NCBI GenBank assembly: GCA_964504205.1 | Contig: CAZDDE010000004.1 | Location: 1-57,487, forward strand | From: an uncultured Candidatus Saccharibacteria bacterium | GTDB taxonomy: Bacteria > Patescibacteriota > Minisyncoccia > Spechtbacterales > HO2-43-30 | Length of the DNA stretch: 57,487 nucleotides | Direction: 5' to 3' | Part shown: positions 27,448-35,887 of the stretch, piece by piece | How positions within the stretch are numbered: position 1 is the stretch's first letter | Layout of the letters: every line of letters starts with the position of its first letter | The notes under the pieces: model-generated | The model's input: the letters and a program-made list of their open reading frames with translations, nothing else | Told to the model about the DNA's origin: nothing | The model's database searches: none | Made by a program: the position numbers and the translations under genes

Positions 27448-28257
27448 TTATTGCAAGTATTCTAAATATACTATGTCTCTTTCTCGTATGATGCCTTCAT
27501 TAAGGTGAAGGTAGTTTCTCCCAAACACCACGCCCTCGGACGTCTTGCGATATTTTGCAAGTGTGCGCAAAGGCTCTTTACTGCGTTTCCCTGTAGTCTG
27601 GTCGGTTGTGGGTATTGCGCATCGCACGCACTGTTTTGCGCCTTGAAGCTTGACGTTACCCACTCGAATCTCCTGCCATTGATCTTCTTCGTATGGCTTA
27701 CAGCCAGATACTACGATATTTGGCCTAAAGCGATTCATCGGAAGCGGCTCTGCTAGCCGACTATTTAAATCCCCGAGGGACTCTTCGGAAATAATCAATA
27801 GGGGATATGAATCGGCGAAACTTATGTGAATTTTTCTACCGAGAAAATCTGATTCGCGCAGGCGAGGGTACTTCTCGGCATATCCGATAAGCCGACATTT
27901 AGAACCAATGACTTCACTAAACCATTCCGCAAGCGCATCGCCCTGATCCAATCCTAAACAAGTATCGCTATGGAGGGTAACCCCTACAATAGGCCCTTCC
28001 CGTGGCTCTAGTGAAACACCGATCTCCGGCATATTAGGCGCACGAACAAGTAAAGTCTCATCTCGCAATTCTGTTTCGATTAAACACATCTTTGTCTCTT
28101 GAAAATCGCGCTGCGAAAGGAATTTGCCCTTGTCATTTATAAGCACAAACTGTCTATCATATTGAGGGCCATGCGGAGTGAGGATGATTTCCGGAACCCT
28201 TATCCCGCCACAAGACTTAATCGGATAGATGTATAACGAAGAAACTCTTACCGTCAT
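27448..28257 (-). CDS. MOSC domain protein (YcbX-like)
   Basis: N-terminal beta-barrel YIYPIKSCGG and the C-terminal MOSC conserved Cys context KQCVRCAIPT. Confidence 0.85.
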   Translation of the reverse strand: MTVRVSSLYIYPIKSCGGIRVPEIILTPHGPQYDRQFVLINDKGKFLSQRDFQETKMCLIETELRDETLLVRAPNMPEIGVSLEPREGPIVGVTLHSDTCLGLDQGDALAEWFSEVIGSKCRLIGYAEKYPRLRESDFLGRKIHISFADSYPLLIISEESLGDLNSRLAEPLPMNRFRPNIVVSGCKPYEEDQWQEIRVGNVKLQGAKQCVRCAIPTTDQTTGKRSKEPLRTLAKYRKTSEGVVFGRNYLHLNEGIIRERDIVYLEYLQ

Positions 28258-28274
28258 CTTTTTTCTCTCCTTAA

Positions 28275-28688
28275 CTAGGATTTGATTATACCAAGCTTTT
28301 CAAAAAAGTACCGCCAAACTGGTTCTAATTCAAGGTGCTGAATTTCCTCTGGCGAAAACCAGCCGCCGTCCTTAGCTTCCTCTGGATTGGGTACCGGCTC
28401 GCCGCCCAGATCCTTCATTTCAAAGACATGCCAATAGTGTCCATGCCCTTCGCTTTTCCAGCAATTATTCCAGTCCACCATTTCCTCAAGCAGAAGTTTT
28501 CCTGAATGAACCTGCAACCCGATTTCTTCGCTAAACTCGCGTTCCGTTGCTTCTGCTGGATCCTCTCCTTCCTCCAAATGCCCAGCGGGACAAGCCCAGC
28601 CGGTAGGCGCGAATCTCCGGTCAATCAAATAAATTTCGCTGTTTCTTCTTAAAATCCCGCCAACTGATTTATTAGGACACTTTGCCAT
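28275..28688 (-). CDS. NUDIX hydrolase
   Basis: Complete Nudix box GHLEEGEDPAEATEREFSEEIGL. Confidence 0.9.
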   Translation of the reverse strand: MAKCPNKSVGGILRRNSEIYLIDRRFAPTGWACPAGHLEEGEDPAEATEREFSEEIGLQVHSGKLLLEEMVDWNNCWKSEGHGHYWHVFEMKDLGGEPVPNPEEAKDGGWFSPEEIQHLELEPVWRYFFEKLGIIKS

Positions 28689-28701
28689 AACGCCCTCCTT
28701 T

Positions 28702-29133
28702 TTAACTTAAAAGTTCGCTTAATTTCTTGGAATCCCGCACAATATGGTTGACCAGAATCTCCGCGCATACTTCCCGTACTTTCCCGTCCACCATCATTCG
28801 TTCGTCATAAGCGCAGATGAATTTCTCTTTCCCGGCCGCAAAAAATAGCTCGCCGAGCGTATTATGCCCGATATAGCCGTCTTTGTTGTAAATGTACACC
28901 ACATCCGCGGGCGCTATCTTTTTCCAGAGGTGACTCAAAACAAAACCAGGAATGCTTTCGCGGTACTTCTCTTCTTTTAAGCGCTCTGCCTCCTCTTTCT
29001 TGATTGTATCCCCTGAAAGTCTCCGAAAATCCGGCTCAAGAATTATACCAACTCTAAAACTCCGAAGTTTTCTGCTAAAACTTTTTAAATCTCCGCGAAA
29101 ACGCATACTGCTACAAATAACAATACTCCGCAT
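28702..29133 (-). CDS. nucleoside 2-deoxyribosyltransferase-superfamily protein
   Basis: IVICSSMRF N-terminus and a GHNTLGELFFAAGKEK motif resembling the NDT/DNPH1 catalytic Glu region. Start set to ATG 29133. Confidence 0.55.
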   Translation of the reverse strand: MRSIVICSSMRFRGDLKSFSRKLRSFRVGIILEPDFRRLSGDTIKKEEAERLKEEKYRESIPGFVLSHLWKKIAPADVVYIYNKDGYIGHNTLGELFFAAGKEKFICAYDERMMVDGKVREVCAEILVNHIVRDSKKLSELLS

Positions 29134-29178
29134 GTTTCTTCTATAAAATATCACAGTGTGCTATGTTAAGCAAGCAGC

Positions 29179-29799
29179 ATGGCTAAACAACAGCATCACT
29201 ATATCGGCATTGCCGGAGTAATGGGCTCCGGAAAAACAACCTGCGCAAAAATTCTCAAGAAAGAACTAAATTTCCCTTTGCTGGAAGAAAAGCCGCAGGA
29301 AAATCCGTTTCTCCAAGATTTCTATAAAGATATGCGCCGCTGGGTCCTGCATAACCAGCTTGCTTTTGAGCTGATAAAAACCCGCCAAAATATGCGCGCT
29401 CAAAACATACTCGCGCGCACCAGCGTTATTCACGACGGCCCGCTTGAGCAAAATAGAGTCTACAACAAAACTAACTACCAATTTGGCAATATAGGGAAAG
29501 AGGAGTACAAACTTCTAGCAAACATTGTTAAACTGTACAAGCCATATACTATTCAACCCGATCCGCTTATCTTTCTTGACGCGCCGGCAGATCTTATCCT
29601 AAAAAGGATAGCAAAAAGGGCGCGAAATTATGAGCAAAAAGTACCGCGTGATTATGTCGAAGCGCTTCTTAAGTTTCAGAAGCGCTTGATTTCTAGCTAC
29701 CCACGCAGTAAAAAAATAATCGTCCCGATGGATAAATTTGATCTTACAGAAAAAAGGCATAGAAATGCCTTTTTGAAACTCATTCGCCGGGCTCTTTGA
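29179..29799 (+). CDS. deoxynucleoside kinase
   Basis: P-loop IAGVMGSGKTT, a dNK-like core and the LID RIAKRARNYE. Confidence 0.85.
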   Translation: MAKQQHHYIGIAGVMGSGKTTCAKILKKELNFPLLEEKPQENPFLQDFYKDMRRWVLHNQLAFELIKTRQNMRAQNILARTSVIHDGPLEQNRVYNKTNYQFGNIGKEEYKLLANIVKLYKPYTIQPDPLIFLDAPADLILKRIAKRARNYEQKVPRDYVEALLKFQKRLISSYPRSKKIIVPMDKFDLTEKRHRNAFLKLIRRAL

Positions 29800-30601
29800 G
29801 CCGAAAATTCTCAAAGTCCATTCTCCTCAATTCCAGAATAGAACGCAAAGTTATCACGCGGGGATGCTCCAGAGGCGAAATACTGTAGGGCTCACTGCCG
29901 CTTTCGGTCGTAAAGATTGGAGAAGAAGACGGGTGCGGGATATGTATTCCGCACCAGCGTTCAGAAATTCCAACGGCTGTTAGAATATCGGTTGGAGCTG
30001 CGTTGCCGACAGTATAAAATATAGTATCGAGCGGCTCATTTTCGTAATTGCTCACTTCGATAAAATCCTGGGCGGTTTTCTTTGTCCAAACTGTCTTGAT
30101 GCGCGAAAAATATTTATCCGCTTCAAGGTGCTTGCCCCTATCGCGCCAGACGTTGACATCGTAGCTAGTCAGAAGGCAAAACGCAAACCTCTTATCTCGC
30201 TTAAGCTCGGCGAGCAACTCGCGCAAACCCTCAACCCAGCTAAGCTCGTAGAAATTAAAAGGCATGTCGCCGAACTCAAAAATTTTTTTCTCGTGCTCAT
30301 CTTTCTCTGCAAGAATCGTCTTAAATCTTGCGCTATTTTCTCCCAACTTTTCTTTGAAATAATCCAGCAGTTCTTGATAGGTCTTGCGCATACCGAAAAA
30401 TACTCGTCCGCGCTGTATACCCCAAACTGGGAAAAAATATTCATCATTTTGCTTATACCGGAGGGAAAGAAAATCACGCCCGGGCATCAAGTCCCTGAAC
30501 TCATCATAAAGAAAGCAAAAAAAATACGCCCGTGCTCTTTCGTACTGCCATGCATTCATCCAGCAAGTGTCGTCGCCGTCAAAGACCAGAACTATTTTCA
30601 T
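29780..30601 (-). CDS. HAD-superfamily hydrolase (putative nucleotidase)
   Basis: Motif I FDGDDT, motif II LLTS, motif IV-like GNAAPTD. Confidence 0.65.
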   Translation of the reverse strand: MKIVLVFDGDDTCWMNAWQYERARAYFFCFLYDEFRDLMPGRDFLSLRYKQNDEYFFPVWGIQRGRVFFGMRKTYQELLDYFKEKLGENSARFKTILAEKDEHEKKIFEFGDMPFNFYELSWVEGLRELLAELKRDKRFAFCLLTSYDVNVWRDRGKHLEADKYFSRIKTVWTKKTAQDFIEVSNYENEPLDTIFYTVGNAAPTDILTAVGISERWCGIHIPHPSSSPIFTTESGSEPYSISPLEHPRVITLRSILELRRMDFENFRLKEPGE

Positions 30602-30603
30602 AA

Positions 30604-31170
30604 CTAAACCTCACCAATATCCTTGATAGAAATGCGCAGTTTTGTGCAGAAAGACAGAAACCACGCAAACATATCGGCGTTTTCCTCTCGCAACCTTTCG
30701 TAATTTTGAAGCCTTAGCTCACGACTCACTTCTCCGATCTCTTCTATCAAATGAAACCAGACCGCGTGCGTAGAGTTTATCTTGTTTACTCTCCCATAAA
30801 TCTTCGCCAACATTGCCTGCCACCCTACTGCATCCCGCGGATTGTTCGCGGCAATTCGCCTAAGCTCATCAAGACTGCTCTCATTGGAGTTGTACTTTAA
30901 CTCCATAATGATGCATGAACATAAATCTTTGCTCAAACAGTACGGGCATACGCCCGGATATTTAAACCAAGCGGCTTCTTTGATGTTAATTCCAAGATTA
31001 TTCCATAATGCGGTCATCCAGCTAAACAGTACTGGGAGACATGCTAAGATTGCCGCACTGTCTTCTTTGCGCATCTCTTCGCAAACATGACCGACGCTTT
31101 CCCAGATATGGCTCATAATCTCGTAACTTTCCGGCGATATTTCATATCGTCTATCGCGTGCTTCAGCCAA
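30604..31170 (-). CDS. MazG-like nucleotide pyrophosphohydrolase
   Basis: HLIEEIGEVSRELR...ENADMFAWF MazG-type helices, plus a KYPGVCPYC...CSC Cys cluster. Confidence 0.6.
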   Translation of the reverse strand: MAEARDRRYEISPESYEIMSHIWESVGHVCEEMRKEDSAAILACLPVLFSWMTALWNNLGINIKEAAWFKYPGVCPYCLSKDLCSCIIMELKYNSNESSLDELRRIAANNPRDAVGWQAMLAKIYGRVNKINSTHAVWFHLIEEIGEVSRELRLQNYERLREENADMFAWFLSFCTKLRISIKDIGEV

Positions 31171-31200
31171 TTTATCCTCCCTTTTTAGCTCGTACCGTTG

Positions 31201-31815
31201 CTATACGCCTATTGCTTTTTTAAGGTCCTTGAATACTTCGTCAATAGATCGCTCGCCGTCTATCACTACCCATTTTGCCAAGGCCTGTCTTTGAGCAAGC
31301 TGTTTATAAAAATCGGCAAGCTCTCTTAAAAGCTTTTTATTTTCCTCATTGCGATCAAGTTTGTTCCCTTTTTCTTTCTTTTTCCGCGCCATAGAAGTTT
31401 CCGGGCTAATATTCAAAAGAATGATCAAGTCCGGCCGCGGCAAATCAAAAAGCTTGCTGGCGTTCAAAGCAGTATCCGCTGACACCCCGTTGAGACATTG
31501 ATATGCCATCGTTGAACTGAAATACCTGTCGGCGATAATCGTTGTTCCTTCGCCCAGCCACTTATTTATCTTATCTTTGTCTTTTAAAAAATCAGAAAAG
31601 TACAGTAAAAACTGTACTTCTTTGGAAAAATTATATTTTTTATGAAGATAGTTATTGATAACTTCCCCGATGGGGCCTTTGTAATCAGGATAAGACAATG
31701 TCCTTACAATGACATCCTTTGCTCTTAAATACTTAGCAAATTTTTTGGACTGCGTTTCTCCGCCGCAGCCGTCAATTCCTTCTATGACGATAAATTTCCC
31801 CTTACTTGATGACAT
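31201..31815 (-). CDS. tmk: thymidylate kinase homologue with non-canonical P-loop
   Basis: IVIEGIDGCGGETQ (Lys missing from GK[ST]), a DRY-type motif (ADRYFSSTMAYQ) and a LID region. Confidence 0.8.
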   Translation of the reverse strand: MSSSKGKFIVIEGIDGCGGETQSKKFAKYLRAKDVIVRTLSYPDYKGPIGEVINNYLHKKYNFSKEVQFLLYFSDFLKDKDKINKWLGEGTTIIADRYFSSTMAYQCLNGVSADTALNASKLFDLPRPDLIILLNISPETSMARKKKEKGNKLDRNEENKKLLRELADFYKQLAQRQALAKWVVIDGERSIDEVFKDLKKAIGV

Positions 31816-32299
31816 TGTATTCCAATAAAATCGTCCCCTCCCCCAATTTACTCATAGATATTAACTTTAATTTCCTATCAAATTTTTTGTTAAAAAGTGT
31901 CATGCCCGAGCCAAACAATACCGGTTCAATAGTTAAGTACAATTTATCCACCACCCCCGCTTCCATAAACATTGTGTAGATCGTCGCTCCGCCACAAATA
32001 GCAACTTCCTTGAAACCTCTAGCTTCTAAATCGCGCAGTAAATCTTTCGGTTCTTTTTGCGTTACTTCGACTCCATTGATCTTTTCTTCTTTATTAGAGT
32101 ACACGATATTGAGCCGATTGGGCAATGGCTTGCCAATTGTTTTATATGTGTTGTATCCAAAAACAATAGCGCCCGCTTGTTTTGTGCGTTCGCTAAAAAA
32201 TTTTTTGTCTTCCTTGCTCGTCCAGTCCGTAGAAATCTGATCTTTATTTTTCGCAATAAACCCATCGGCAGTAAGCGCGGCAATGATAAAAATTTGCAT
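31802..32299 (-). CDS. dihydrofolate reductase family protein (RibD C-terminal-domain type)
   Basis: IIAALTADGFIA...FGYNTYKTIGKPLPNRLNIV pattern. Sits directly downstream of thyA. Confidence 0.8.
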   Translation of the reverse strand: MQIFIIAALTADGFIAKNKDQISTDWTSKEDKKFFSERTKQAGAIVFGYNTYKTIGKPLPNRLNIVYSNKEEKINGVEVTQKEPKDLLRDLEARGFKEVAICGGATIYTMFMEAGVVDKLYLTIEPVLFGSGMTLFNKKFDRKLKLISMSKLGEGTILLEYNVIK

Positions 32300-32300
32300 A

Positions 32301-33161
32301 CTAGACTGCCATCGGCGCTTTAATGCCGGGGTGGCATTGATAGTTTTCTAATTTGATATCGTCCATTGTGAATTTATCGATGTCTTTTATTTCTGGATTT
32401 AGCCAAAGTTTGGGCAGGGCATACGGCGCGCGCGATAACTGTTCTTTGACTTGATCAAAGTGATTTTTATAGATATGCGCGTCGCCAAGCGTGTGCACAA
32501 ACTCGCCGGGCTCAAGACCGGTTACTTGCGCCACCATATGCAGTAACAGTGAATAAGATGCAATGTTAAACGGCACGCCGAGAAACATATCGCAACTGCG
32601 CTGGTACATCTGCACGGATAGCTTGCCCCGAGTATTGTTGATAGGTTTACCCCGAGCATTGTCGATGGGCTCCACATAAAATTGAAAAAAGCTATGGCAA
32701 GGCGGCAGGGCCATTTGGTCTATTTCGCCGGGATTCCAAGCCGCGACGATTAAACGTCGATCGTAAGGGTCTTTTTTAATGCGCTCTATAACTTCATGAA
32801 GCTGATCAATAGTTCGACCATCCGGAGCTTGCCAATTTCTCCACTGTACGCCGTAAACTCTGCCCAGATCCCCTTCAAAGCGCGCTTTGGGCTTCCAATA
32901 ATCTGCTTTTGCATTAGCATCCCAAATTCGGCAACCTAATTTCTGCAGCTCTTTAACATCCGAACTTCCACTGATAAACCATAAAAGCTCCGCCTTCACC
33001 GCATTGAACGCCAACTTTTTAGTAGTCATGGCCGGAAAACCATCGGCTATGTTATAACGAAACTGCATGCCAAAAACTCCGCGCGTGTCTACGCCGGTGC
33101 GCGTGGGCTTATCTACACCTTTGTCCATTATATATTTAAGGGCGTTGAGATACTGTTCCAT
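32301..33161 (-). CDS. thyA: thymidylate synthase ThyA with an internal 8-aa tandem duplication
   Basis: Canonical ThyA motifs: TRTG, VYGVQWR, catalytic PPCH, YQRSCD, FNIASY. Extra PIDNARGK/PINNTRGK before KLS. Confidence 0.94.
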   Translation of the reverse strand: MEQYLNALKYIMDKGVDKPTRTGVDTRGVFGMQFRYNIADGFPAMTTKKLAFNAVKAELLWFISGSSDVKELQKLGCRIWDANAKADYWKPKARFEGDLGRVYGVQWRNWQAPDGRTIDQLHEVIERIKKDPYDRRLIVAAWNPGEIDQMALPPCHSFFQFYVEPIDNARGKPINNTRGKLSVQMYQRSCDMFLGVPFNIASYSLLLHMVAQVTGLEPGEFVHTLGDAHIYKNHFDQVKEQLSRAPYALPKLWLNPEIKDIDKFTMDDIKLENYQCHPGIKAPMAV

Positions 33162-34105
33162 GGCTGATAATATCCAGAGAGCACATCTAATATTTTTACT
33201 TCTGAAATTCTGCGCAGTTTTATCCCCCCCTGCAACGCAAACTCGCGAGACATTTGATAACGGCTCTTATGCCCGTTATATTCACTCTCATAGACTACTT
33301 CGGCAATTCTTGCTGAAATTATTGCCTTCATGCAGTCAATGCAGGGCAGATATGGAGTATAAAGGGTGCCGCCGGCAACATTTTTGGAATCCTGAAGCAC
33401 GGCATTGTGCTCGGAGTGAACAACGCGCCGGCATGATGTCCCCTCGTCTTCAAAAATAAGACAGCCAATTTCAGTGCAGTGCGGCTGTCCGGGCGGCGCG
33501 CCGTTAAAGCCCGAAGCGACAATGCGCCTGTTTTTCACAATCACAGTCCCGACATGCAATTTTGGACAAGTCGCCATCACGGCGATGAGCTTCGCCGCCA
33601 TCATGAAATATTCGTCCCACGATGGTCGGCTGGCCACCTTACGAAACTGACGAGGAATCTCCTCGGCTACGGCCGGTCGGCCCCACATGCCGCTACTGCC
33701 GAACCCTCCTTGCCCCCTATTCGTTTCATCATTTATTTCGCCCTCCTCAATCTCTGGGGCCTCCACTGCCTTAATAACTAATTGGGCGATTTTTGAACCC
33801 TTCTCGACATGATATGACTCGCGGCTAAGGTTAGTCAAAACAATCAGCAACTCGCCGCGGTAATTGCAGTCCAAAACTCCGGCCATTGTTTTTAAGTGAT
33901 GCTTGAAGGCCAAGCCGCTTTTGTCCCACACAAAACCCGCGTAGCCGCGGGGTATGGCAAATTTTAATCCAGTGCGTATCGCCGCTTTTTCTCCCGGCGC
34001 AATCGTTACATCCTCAACCGAAAAAAGATCCATTCCCGCATCGCCATCGTAAGCATATGATGGCAATTTGGCGGACGGATCTAATTTTTGAATTTTGACC
34101 TTCAT
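33128..34105 (-). CDS. dUTPase - dCMP deaminase fusion protein
   Basis: N-terminal half carries the dUTPase motifs (AGMDL, GVLDCNYRGE, RGQGGFGSSG). C-terminal half carries the zinc deaminase motifs HSEHNA and PCIDC. Overlaps thyA by 34 nt. Confidence 0.88.
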   Translation of the reverse strand: MKVKIQKLDPSAKLPSYAYDGDAGMDLFSVEDVTIAPGEKAAIRTGLKFAIPRGYAGFVWDKSGLAFKHHLKTMAGVLDCNYRGELLIVLTNLSRESYHVEKGSKIAQLVIKAVEAPEIEEGEINDETNRGQGGFGSSGMWGRPAVAEEIPRQFRKVASRPSWDEYFMMAAKLIAVMATCPKLHVGTVIVKNRRIVASGFNGAPPGQPHCTEIGCLIFEDEGTSCRRVVHSEHNAVLQDSKNVAGGTLYTPYLPCIDCMKAIISARIAEVVYESEYNGHKSRYQMSREFALQGGIKLRRISEVKILDVLSGYYQPWNSISTPLNI

Positions 34106-34111
34106 GGCCTT

Positions 34112-34382
34112 GGGGTGTAGGGTTCGAACAAAAATCGATTGAGCGGAGCGAATTCAGGCAAGATTCCAGGCGCGAGGAGCGATGCGTACCCTTGCGGTAC
34201 GTGAGCGACGAGCAACGAAGAAGATTGCCTGAATTCGCTCCGCCCGAAGGGAAGTTGGGAAATGGCCGATTTCTTCGTTGCTCCTCCTAGAAGTAGTGCA
34301 AGACTACATCTTCGTCGTCGCGTCTCGAAATCGTCTCATTTCCCAACTTCTCAAGCCGATTTGTGTTCGGACCCTACACCCC
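34112..34382. repeat. 271-nt composite element: two diverged ~135-nt units in inverted orientation
   Basis: 26-nt termini pair (34112-34137/34357-34382). Arm B has a 19-bp perfect stem 34143-34161/34224-34242. Arm C has a 14-bp perfect stem 34250-34263/34337-34350. Confidence 0.85.
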
Positions 34383-34482
34383 TAAATTTTTACAAAATAT
34401 AGGACTTTTGGAAAGACAATAACTGTGGATAACTCCGATGCCCAGAAGTGCCCGAGCCGGACCACCGACCGAAAAGTCGGGG

Positions 34483-34905
34483 CTACTCCACCGTAATCCC
34501 CATACTTCGCGCTGTTCCTGCGATTATTTTTGCGGCTTGGTCAATATCGTAGGCATTTAAGTCTTGCATCTTAATTGCGGCGATTTCGCGAAGCTGGGTT
34601 TTAGTTATTTTTCCAGCTTTTACTTTAGGAGTACTGCCGGAGCCCTTCTCTACGCCCGCGGCTTTGCGCAACAAATCTGAAGCGGGCGGAGTCTTTAGCT
34701 TAAATGTGTAAGTCCTATCCTCATAAACATAAATCTCCACGGGGATAATGTTACCCATTTTGTCTTTGCTTGCCGCATTGAACTTCTGGCAAAACTCCTG
34801 AATGTTTAATCCATGCTGACCCAAAGCTGGGCCTATCGGAGGAGCAGGGTTTGCCTGGCCTGCAGGAATCTGGAGTTTGATAATTTTTTTAACTGTCTTA
34901 GGCAT
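34483..34905 (-). CDS. rplK: 50S ribosomal protein L11
   Basis: [24 protein letters not shown]. Start set to ATG 34905 (MPKTVKK) rather than the TTG at 34923. Confidence 0.93.
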   Translation of the reverse strand: MPKTVKKIIKLQIPAGQANPAPPIGPALGQHGLNIQEFCQKFNAASKDKMGNIIPVEIYVYEDRTYTFKLKTPPASDLLRKAAGVEKGSGSTPKVKAGKITKTQLREIAAIKMQDLNAYDIDQAAKIIAGTARSMGITVE

Positions 34906-34921
34906 TATTTTTCGATTACTC

Positions 34922-34969
34922 AATTAACGAATTAACGCGTTGTTTTTTTAATCCGTTAATTCGTTAATC
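34922..34969. repeat. hairpin built from tandem 8-mers (aattaacg x2 / cgttaatt x2) between nusG and rplK
   Basis: Arms 34922-34937 and 34954-34969. T-rich loop. Confidence 0.8.
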
Positions 34970-34970
34970 C

Positions 34971-35516
34971 TTAAATCTTTTTAATCTGAAGGTAATCTAG
35001 TTCCACCGGCGTCTCCCGGCCAAACATTGAAACAAGCACTGTTACTTTTCCGCGCTCATCGTCAATCGCCGAAACTTTGCCATCAAAGTCCTTAAATGGC
35101 CCATCTGTAATTTTTACCGGATCGCCAATTCCAACTTCTATCTTATAAGTCGGCTCTTCCACGCCCATGCGTTTCTGAAGCAACTCTATCTCTGGCCTTG
35201 ATATCGGCACTGGCGTCGTTCCAGAACCCACAAACCCGGTAACGCGCGGGGTGTTGCGCACAACATACCAAGAATCATCGGTTACGATCATCTCCACGAG
35301 GACATACCCAGGGTATATTTTTTCCTCAATGATTTGCCGTTTTCCGCTTTTTATCTTAATCTTTTTTTCCTTCGGCACAAGCACACTAAAAATCTTATCT
35401 TCCATACCAAGATTTTCAATTCTCTGGCGCAAATTTTCCGCCACCGCGTCTTCGTAGCCTGAATAAGTATGCAACACATACCAGTTTCTGCCTTGTTGTA
35501 GTTGTTGACGAGCCAT
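34971..35516 (-). CDS. nusG: transcription termination/antitermination factor NusG
   Basis: WYVLHTYSGYE NGN domain and a C-terminal KOW domain. Start set to ATG 35516. Confidence 0.92.
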   Translation of the reverse strand: MARQQLQQGRNWYVLHTYSGYEDAVAENLRQRIENLGMEDKIFSVLVPKEKKIKIKSGKRQIIEEKIYPGYVLVEMIVTDDSWYVVRNTPRVTGFVGSGTTPVPISRPEIELLQKRMGVEEPTYKIEVGIGDPVKITDGPFKDFDGKVSAIDDERGKVTVLVSMFGRETPVELDYLQIKKI

Positions 35517-35521
35517 GCCGC

Positions 35522-35592
35522 AGGCACTAGGCACTAGGGCGCTAGGCACTAGGAAATCCTAAAGCCTAGAGCCTAATAGCCTAGAGCCTAGA
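35522..35592. repeat. intergenic heptamer arrays (ggcacta-type and tagagcc-type)
   Basis: Read directly. The arrays are imperfectly complementary and overlap the last codons of secE. Confidence 0.8.
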
Positions 35593-35775
35593 AATTACAA
35601 ACTGAAAAATTATATCCAGCGCTCCAAGATATATAGAAACTGCCAATGAAAAAATAATCACAATAACAGTATACTTTGCTACTTCGTTTCTTGTCAGCCA
35701 ATTCACCTTTTTCATCTCAAGGCGAACCTCTTTCAAGAACGATACTATCTTGCTCAAGTTTGGCAAAAATTTCAT
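35581..35775 (-). CDS. secE: preprotein translocase subunit SecE
   Basis: 64 aa with a single C-terminal TM. EVRLEMKKVNWLTRNE motif. Sits in a secE-nusG-rplK arrangement. Confidence 0.88.
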   Translation of the reverse strand: MKFLPNLSKIVSFLKEVRLEMKKVNWLTRNEVAKYTVIVIIFSLAVSIYLGALDIIFQFVISRL

Positions 35776-35825
35776 GTTTTTTAAATGGCCCTGCGGGCCA
35801 TTAGTTATTCTCTATGATACTCTCC

Positions 35826-35874
35826 CCCAAAATAAAAGTCAAGCCCTATGCATTTGTTGACAATGCATAGGGCT
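35826..35874 (-). terminator. intrinsic terminator
   Basis: 13-bp stem agccctatgcatt/aatgcatagggct. The minus strand continues tgacttttatttt. Confidence 0.7.
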
Positions 35875-35887
35875 CTTTGCTTTGGGT

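Noticed and set aside
32301-33161. The ThyA homologue as a dUMP/dCMP hydroxymethylase, which would point to DNA hypermodification.
   Set aside because: It keeps Asn in FNIASY and the full ThyA motif set, and it sits next to DHFR. That is consistent with an ordinary thymidylate synthase.
34112-34382. A MITE-type transposon with terminal inverted repeats.
   Set aside because: The 26-nt termini look like TIRs, but no target-site duplication flanks them (ccttg vs taaat) and no second copy is in the window. It is therefore reported only as a structured repeat.
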